From the human T2T-CHM13v2.0 reference genome, Homo sapiens, in NCBI RefSeq assembly GCF_009914755.1, contig NC_060925.1: a stretch of 64,000 nt of DNA. The stretch is one strand, 5' to 3'. The notes below the pieces were generated by a model. The model had not been told where the DNA came from. It searched no databases and worked only from the letters and a program-made list of their open reading frames with translations. Each line of letters starts with the position of its first letter. The stretch's first letter is position 1. Of the stretch, positions 56,501-64,000 are shown one piece after another. A program made the position numbers and the translations under genes.

Positions 56501-59500
56501 GTCTCAAAGAGGTCTGAATATCCACTTGCAGACTTTACAAACAGAGTGTTTCCTAACTGCTCTATGAAAAGAAAGGTTAAACTCTGTGAGTTGAACGCAC
56601 ACATCACAAAGGAGTTTATGAGAATCATTCTGTCTAGTTTGTATAAGAAGATACTTCCTATTCTACCATTGACCTCAAAGCGGCTGAAATCTCCACTTGC
56701 AAATTCGACAAAAAGAGTGTTTCAAGCCTGCTCTCTGTAAAGGATCCTTCAACTCTGTGAGTTGAATACACACAACACAAGGAAGTTACTGAGAATTATT
56801 CTGTCTAGCATAATATGAAGAAATCCCGTTTCCAACGAAGGCCTCAAAGAGGTCTGAATATCCACTTGCAGACTTTACAAACAGAGTGTTTCCTAACTGC
56901 TCTATGAGAAGAAAAGTTAAACTCTGTGAGTTGAACGCACACATCACAAAAGATTTTCTGAGAATCATTCTGTCTAGTCTTTATATGAAGATAGTTTCCT
57001 TTTCTACCATTGACCTCAAAGCGGCTGAAATCTCCACTTGCAAATTCCACAAAAAGAGTGTTTCAAGTCTGCTCTGTGTAAAGGATCGTTCAACTCTGTG
57101 AGTTGAATACACACAACACAAGGAAGTTACTGAGAATTCTTCTGTCTAGCAGAATAGGAAGAAATCCCGTTTCCAACGAAGGCCACAAGATGTCAGAATA
57201 TCCACTTACAGACTTTACAAACAGAGTGTTTCCTAACTGCTCTATGAACAGAAAGGTTAAACTCTGTGAGTTGAACGAACACATCACAACGCAGTTTGTG
57301 GGAATGATTCTGTCTAGTTTTGAAACGAAGATATTTCCTTTTCTGCCGTTGACCTTAAAGCGCTTGAAATCTACACTTGCAAATTGCACAAATAGAGTGT
57401 TTCAAATCTGCTCTGTCTAAGGGAACGTTCAACTCTGTGAGTTGAATGCACACAACACAAGGAAGTTACTGGGAATTCTTCTGTCTAGCCTTACATGAAA
57501 AAACCCGTTTCCAACGAAGGCCTCTAAGTGGTCAAAATATCCACGTGCAGACTTTACAAACAGAGTGTTTCCAAACCGCTGAATGAAAAGAAAAGTTGAA
57601 CTCTGAGAGTTGAACGCACACATCACGCAGCAGTTTCTGAGAATGATTCTGTCTAGTTTTTATACGAAGATATTTCCTTTTCTGCCTTTGGCCCCAAAGC
57701 GCTTGAAATCTCCACTTGCAAATTCCACAAAAACAGTGTTTCAAATCTGCTCTCTCTAAATGAAAGTTCAACTCTGTCAGTTGAATACACACAACACAAG
57801 GAAGTTACTGAGAATTCTTCTGTCTAGCATAATATGAAGAAATCCCGTTTCCAACGAAGGCCTCAAAGGGGTCTGAATATCCACTTGCAGACTTTATAAA
57901 CAGAGTGTTTACTAACTGCTCTATGAAAAGAAAGGTTAAACTCTGTGAGTTGAACACACACATCACAAAGGAGTTTCTGAGAATCATTCTGTCTAGTTTT
58001 TCTACGAAGATATTTCCTTTTCTACTATTGACCTCAAAGCGGCTGAAATCTCCACTTGCAAATTCCACAAAAAGAGTGTTTCAAGTCTGCTCTGTGTAAA
58101 GGATCGTTCAACTCTGTGAGTTGAATACACACAACACAAGGAAGTTTCTGAGAAATATTCTGTCTAGCAGAATATGAAGAAATCCCGTTTCCAACGAAGG
58201 CCTCAAGGAGGTCTGAATATCCACTTGCAGACTTTACAAACAGAGTGTTTCCTAACTGCTCTATGAAAAGAAAGGTTAAACTCTGTGAGTTGAACGCACA
58301 CATCACAAAGGAGTTTATGAGAATCATTCTGTCTAGTTTCTATAGGAAGATATTTCCTATTCTACCATTGACCTCAAAGCGGCTGAAATCTCCACTTGCA
58401 AATTCCACAAAAAGAGTGTTTCAAGTCTGCTCTCTGTAAAGGATCGTTCAACTCTGTGAGTTGAATACACACAACACAAGGAAGTTTCTGAGAAATATTC
58501 TGTCTAGCAGAATATGAAGAAATCCCGTTTCCAACGAAGGTCTCAAAGAGGTCTGAATATCCACTTGCAGACTTTACAAACAGAGTGTTTCCTAACTGCT
58601 CTATGAAAAGAAAGGTTAAACTCTGTGAGTTGAACGCACACATCACAAAGGAGTTTATGAGAATCATTCTGTCTAGTTTCTATAAGAAGATACTTCCTAT
58701 TCTACCATTGACCTCAAAGCGGCTGAAATCTCCACTTGCAAATTCGACAAAAAGAGTGTTTCAAGCCTGCTCTCTGTAAAGGATCCTTCAACTCTGTGAG
58801 TTGAATACACACAACACAAGGAAGTTACTGAGAATTATTCTGTCTAGCATAATATGAAGAAATCCCGTTTCCAACGAAGGCCTCAAAGAGGTCTGAATAT
58901 CCACTTGCAGACTTTACAAACAGAGTGTTTCCTAACTGCTCTATGAGAAGAAAAGTTAAACTCTGTGAGTTGAACGCACACATCACAAAAGATTTTCTGA
59001 GAATCATTCTGTCTAGTCTTTATATGAAGATAGTTTCCTTTTCTACCATTGACCTCAAAGCGGCTGAAATCTCCACTTGCAAATTCCACAAAAAGAGTGT
59101 TTCAAGTCTGCTCTGTGTAAAGGATCGTTCAACTCTGTGAGTTGAATACACACAACACAAGGAAGTTACTGAGAATTCTTCTGTCTAGCAGAATAGGAAG
59201 AAATCCCGTTTCCAACGAAGGCCACAAGATGTCAGAATATCCACTTACAGACTTTACAAACAGAGTGTTTCCTAACTGCTCTATGAACAGAAAGGTTAAA
59301 CTCTGTGAGTTGAACGAACACATCACAACGCAGTTTGTGGGAATGATTCTGTCTAGTTTTGAAACGAAGATATTTCCTTTTCTGCCGTTGACCTTAAAGC
59401 GCTTGAAATCTACACTTGCAAATTGCACAAATAGAGTGTTTCAAATCTGCTCTGTCTAAGGGAACGTTCAACTCTGTGAGTTGAATGCACACAACACAAG

Positions 59501-62500
59501 GAAGTTACTGGGAATTCTTCTGTCTAGCCTTACATGAAAAAACCCGTTTCCAACGAAGGCCTCTAAGTGGTCAAAATATCCACGTGCAGACTTTACAAAC
59601 AGAGTGTTTCCAAACCGCTGAATGAAAAGAAAAGTTGAACTCTGAGAGTTGAACGCACACATCACGCAGCAGTTTCTGAGAATGATTCTGTCTAGTTTTT
59701 ATACGAAGATATTTCCTTTTCTGCCTTTGGCCCCAAAGCGCTTGAAATCTCCACTTGCAAATTCCACAAAAACAGTGTTTCAAATCTGCTCTCTCTAAAT
59801 GAAAGTTCAACTCTGTCAGTTGAATACACACAACACAAGGAAGTTACTGAGAATTATTCTGTCTAGCATAATATGAAGAAATCCCGTTTCCAACGAAGGC
59901 CTCAAAGGGGTCTGAATATCCACTTGCAGACTTTATAAACAGAGTGTTTACTAACTGCTCTATGAAAAGAAAGGTTAAACTCTGTGAGTTGAACACACAC
60001 ATCACAAAGGAGTTTCTGAGAATCATTCTGTCTAGTTTTTCTACGAAGATATTTCCTTTTCTACTATTGACCTCAAAGCGGCTGAAATCTCCACTTGCAA
60101 ATTCCACAAAAAGAGTGTTTCAAGTCTGCTCTGTGTAAAGGATCGTTCAACTCTGTGAGTTGAATACACACAACACAAGGAAGTTTCTGAGAAATATTCT
60201 GTCTAGCAGAATATGAAGAAATCCCGTTTCCAACGAAGGCCTCAAGGAGGTCTGAATATCCACTTGCAGACTTTACAAACAGAGTGTTTCCTAACTGCTC
60301 TATGAAAAGAAAGGTTAAACTCTGTGAGTTGAACGCACACATCACAAAGGAGTTTATGAGAATCATTCTGTCTAGTTTCTATAGGAAGATATTTCCTATT
60401 CTACCATTGACCTCAAAGCGGCTGAAATCTCCACTTGCAAATTCCACAAAAAGAGTGTTTCAAGTCTGCTCTCTGTAAAGGATCGTTCAACTCTGTGAGT
60501 TGAATACACACAACACAAGGAAGTTTCTGAGAAATATTCTGTCTAGCAGAATATGAAGAAATCCCGTTTCCAACGAAGGTCTCAAAGAGGTCTGAATATC
60601 CACTTGCAGACTTTACAAACAGAGTGTTTCCTAACTGCTCTATGAAAAGAAAGGTTAAACTCTGTGAGTTGAACGCACACATCACAAAGGAGTTTATGAG
60701 AATCATTCTGTCTAGTTTGTATAAGAAGATACTTCCTATTCTACCATTGACCTCAAAGCGGCTGAAATCTCCACTTGCAAATTCGACAAAAAGAGTGTTT
60801 CAAGCCTGCTCTCTGTAAAGGATCCTTCAACTCTGTGAGTTGAATACACACAACACAAGGAAGTTACTGAGAATTATTCTGTCTAGCATAATATGAAGAA
60901 ATCCCGTTTCCAACGAAGGCCTCAAAGAGGTCTGAATATCCACTTGCAGACTTTACAAACAGAGTGTTTCCTAACTGCTCTATGAGAAGAAAAGTTAAAC
61001 TCTGTGAGTTGAACGCACACATCACAAAAGATTTTCTGAGAATCATTCTGTCTAGTCTTTATATGAAGATAGTTTCCTTTTCTACCATTGACCTCAAAGC
61101 GGCTGAAATCTCCACTTGCAAATTCCACAAAAAGAGTGTTTCAAGTCTGCTCTGTGTAAAGGATCGTTCAACTCTGTGAGTTGAATACACACAACACAAG
61201 GAAGTTACTGAGAATTCTTCTGTCTAGCAGAATAGGAAGAAATCCCGTTTCCAACGAAGGCCACAAGATGTCAGAATATCCACTTACAGACTTTACAAAC
61301 AGAGTGTTTCCTAACTGCTCTATGAACAGAAAGGTTAAACTCTGTGAGTTGAACGAACACATCACAACGCAGTTTGTGGGAATGATTCTGTCTAGTTTTG
61401 AAACGAAGATATTTCCTTTTCTGCCGTTGACCTTAAAGCGCTTGAAATCTACACTTGCAAATTGCACAAATAGAGTGTTTCAAATCTGCTCTGTCTAAGG
61501 GAACGTTCAACTCTGTGAGTTGAATGCACACAACACAAGGAAGTTACTGGGAATTCTTCTGTCTAGCCTTACATGAAAAAACCCGTTTCCAACGAAGGCC
61601 TCTAAGTGGTCAAAATATCCACGTGCAGACTTTACAAACAGAGTGTTTCCAAACCGCTGAATGAAAAGAAAAGTTGAACTCTGAGAGTTGAACGCACACA
61701 TCACGCAGCAGTTTCTGAGAATGATTCTGTCTAGTTTTTATACGAAGATATTTCCTTTTCTGCCTTTGGCCCCAAAGCGCTTGAAATCTCCACTTGCAAA
61801 TTCCACAAAAACAGTGTTTCAAATCTGCTCTCTCTAAATGAAAGTTCAACTCTGTCAGTTGAATACACACAACACAAGGAAGTTACTGAGAATTCTTCTG
61901 TCTAGCATAATATGAAGAAATCCCGTTTCCAACGAAGGCCTCAAAGGGGTCTGAATATCCACTTGCAGACTTTATAAACAGAGTGTTTACTAACTGCTCT
62001 ATGAAAAGAAAGGTTAAACTCTGTGAGTTGAACACACACATCACAAAGGAGTTTCTGAGAATCATTCTGTCTAGTTTTTCTACGAAGATATTTCCTTTTC
62101 TACTATTGACCTCAAAGCGGCTGAAATCTCCACTTGCAAATTCCACAAAAAGAGTGTTTCAAGTCTGCTCTGTGTAAAGGATCGTTCAACTCTGTGAGTT
62201 GAATACACACAACACAAGGAAGTTTCTGAGAAATATTCTGTCTAGCAGAATATGAAGAAATCCCGTTTCCAACGAAGGCCTCAAGGAGGTCTGAATATCC
62301 ACTTGCAGACTTTACAAACAGAGTGTTTCCTAACTGCTCTATGAAAAGAAAGGTTAAACTCTGTGAGTTGAACGCACACATCACAAAGGAGTTTATGAGA
62401 ATCATTCTGTCTAGTTTCTATAGGAAGATATTTCCTATTCTACCATTGACCTCAAAGCGGCTGAAATCTCCACTTGCAAATTCCACAAAAAGAGTGTTTC

Positions 62501-64000
62501 AAGTCTGCTCTCTGTAAAGGATCGTTCAACTCTGTGAGTTGAATACACACAACACAAGGAAGTTTCTGAGAAATATTCTGTCTAGCAGAATATGAAGAAA
62601 TCCCGTTTCCAACGAAGGTCTCAAAGAGGTCTGAATATCCACTTGCAGACTTTACAAACAGAGTGTTTCCTAACTGCTCTATGAAAAGAAAGGTTAAACT
62701 CTGTGAGTTGAACGCACACATCACAAAGGAGTTTATGAGAATCATTCTGTCTAGTTTCTATAAGAAGATACTTCCTATTCTACCATTGACCTCAAAGCGG
62801 CTGAAATCTCCACTTGCAAATTCGACAAAAAGAGTGTTTCAAGCCTGCTCTCTGTAAAGGATCCTTCAACTCTGTGAGTTGAATACACACAACACAAGGA
62901 AGTTACTGAGAATTATTCTGTCTAGCATAATATGAAGAAATCCCGTTTCCAACGAAGGCCTCAAAGAGGTCTGAATATCCACTTGCAGACTTTACAAACA
63001 GAGTGTTTCCTAACTGCTCTATGAGAAGAAAAGTTAAACTCTGTGAGTTGAACGCACACATCACAAAAGATTTTCTGAGAATCATTCTGTCTAGTCTTTA
63101 TATGAAGATAGTTTCCTTTTCTACCATTGACCTCAAAGCGGCTGAAATCTCCACTTGCAAATTCCACAAAAAGAGTGTTTCAAGTCTGCTCTGTGTAAAG
63201 GATCGTTCAACTCTGTGAGTTGAATACACACAACACAAGGAAGTTACTGAGAATTCTTCTGTCTAGCAGAATAGGAAGAAATCCCGTTTCCAACGAAGGC
63301 CACAAGATGTCAGAATATCCACTTACAGACTTTACAAACAGAGTGTTTCCTAACTGCTCTATGAACAGAAAGGTTAAACTCTGTGAGTTGAACGAACACA
63401 TCACAACGCAGTTTGTGGGAATGATTCTGTCTAGTTTTGAAACGAAGATATTTCCTTTTCTGCCGTTGACCTTAAAGCGCTTGAAATCTACACTTGCAAA
63501 TTGCACAAATAGAGTGTTTCAAATCTGCTCTGTCTAAGGGAACGTTCAACTCTGTGAGTTGAATGCACACAACACAAGGAAGTTACTGGGAATTCTTCTG
63601 TCTAGCCTTACATGAAAAAACCCGTTTCCAACGAAGGCCTCTAAGTGGTCAAAATATCCACGTGCAGACTTTACAAACAGAGTGTTTCCAAACCGCTGAA
63701 TGAAAAGAAAAGTTGAACTCTGAGAGTTGAACGCACACATCACGCAGCAGTTTCTGAGAATGATTCTGTCTAGTTTTTATACGAAGATATTTCCTTTTCT
63801 GCCTTTGGCCCCAAAGCGCTTGAAATCTCCACTTGCAAATTCCACAAAAACAGTGTTTCAAATCTGCTCTCTCTAAATGAAAGTTCAACTCTGTCAGTTG
63901 AATACACACAACACAAGGAAGTTACTGAGAATTCTTCTGTCTAGCATAATATGAAGAAATCCCGTTTCCAACGAAGGCCTCAAAGGGGTCTGAATATCCA
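8501..64000. repeat. Highly homogeneous block of the 2039-bp 12-mer HOR: 27 full copies (8501-63553) plus a 447-bp partial copy
   Basis: ORF-track and motif coordinates advance by exactly 2039 bp per unit (e.g. 8596, 10635, 12674 ... 63649). Units start at 8501 + 2039n and the last starts at 63554. No net length change seen in any unit. Confidence 0.97.

Larger units (their letters stand above)
1..64000 (-). repeat. Centromeric alpha-satellite (alphoid) HOR array, suprachromosomal family 1 (J1/J2 dimeric type); most like the D1Z7/D5Z2/D19Z3 or related D16Z2 group, chromosome not determinable here
   Basis: Seen: the motif ctgtctag recurs at 45, 214 and 385 (169 + 171 = 340 bp), with typical alphoid motifs (ttctgagaat, gtgagttgaa, tccacttgcaga). 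A CENP-B box occurs once per dimer and an EcoRI site (gaattc, 37-42) is in dimer register. Established: a 169/171-bp EcoRI dimer with a CENP-B box in alternate monomers defines SF1. The subfamily assignment is from recollection and needs alignment to HOR monomer consensus sequences. Strand given as - because the CENP-B box reads in its conventional orientation on that strand. Confidence 0.98.

Noticed and set aside
8501-63553. Purifying selection on CENP-B boxes because no variant falls in them
   Set aside because: Boxes cover about 5% of the unit (102 of 2039 bp), so fewer than one of 13 alleles is expected there by chance. The absence is uninformative.
97-63909. Hundreds of 60-105 aa ORFs on both strands
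   Set aside because: They repeat with the 340- and 2039-bp period, overlap in several frames, often use GTG/TTG starts, appear or vanish with single SNVs, and show no recognisable domain. They are translation artefacts of satellite DNA.
1-64000. CRISPR-like array of conserved repeats separated by variable sequence
   Set aside because: The intervening sequences are homologous monomer sequence rather than unique spacers. There are no cas genes or leader, and the repeat is recognisable alpha satellite.
1-64000. Hidden insertion (L1, Alu or other) or an inversion within the array
   Set aside because: Unit spacing is exactly accounted for (2040, 2380, 2040, 2040, then 2039 throughout) and every CENP-B box is on the same strand, leaving no room for an insert or a strand switch.
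8501-64000. Synthetic alphoid array (rolling-circle HAC construct) or a modelled reference centromere
   Set aside because: There is no vector or operator sequence. The ordered old-to-young junction and periodic shared SNVs fit a natural, linearly assembled array better, although this cannot be fully excluded without reads.
1-64000. Assignment to a specific chromosome or named HOR
   Set aside because: SF1 arrays on chromosomes 1, 5, 19 and 16 are closely related. Telling them apart needs alignment to reference monomer sets, which I cannot run.

Overview
The whole 64-kb window is one uninterrupted, single-orientation array of primate (almost certainly human) centromeric alpha-satellite DNA. 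It is suprachromosomal family 1 type: alternating 169-bp and 171-bp monomers form a 340-bp dimer, with a CENP-B box (on the - strand) in every second monomer. The dimers form a higher-order repeat (HOR). Bases 1-6460 hold three more heterogeneous units (12-mer 2040 bp, 14-mer 2380 bp, 12-mer 2040 bp). A transitional 12-mer (6461-8500) is followed by 27 full and one partial copy of an almost invariant 2039-bp 12-mer of different dimer composition (8501-64000). I see no genes, RNA genes, transposons, CRISPR arrays or inversions, and the ORF track is an artefact of the repeat. I found no new protein-coding or defence system. The notable signals concern array evolution: a sharp old/young haplotype boundary, a young 12-mer built from chimeric dimers, a nascent 4078-bp super-HOR marked by one SNV in every second unit, and likely inter-dimer gene conversion. 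Variant lists come from reading by eye plus the ORF track and may be incomplete.
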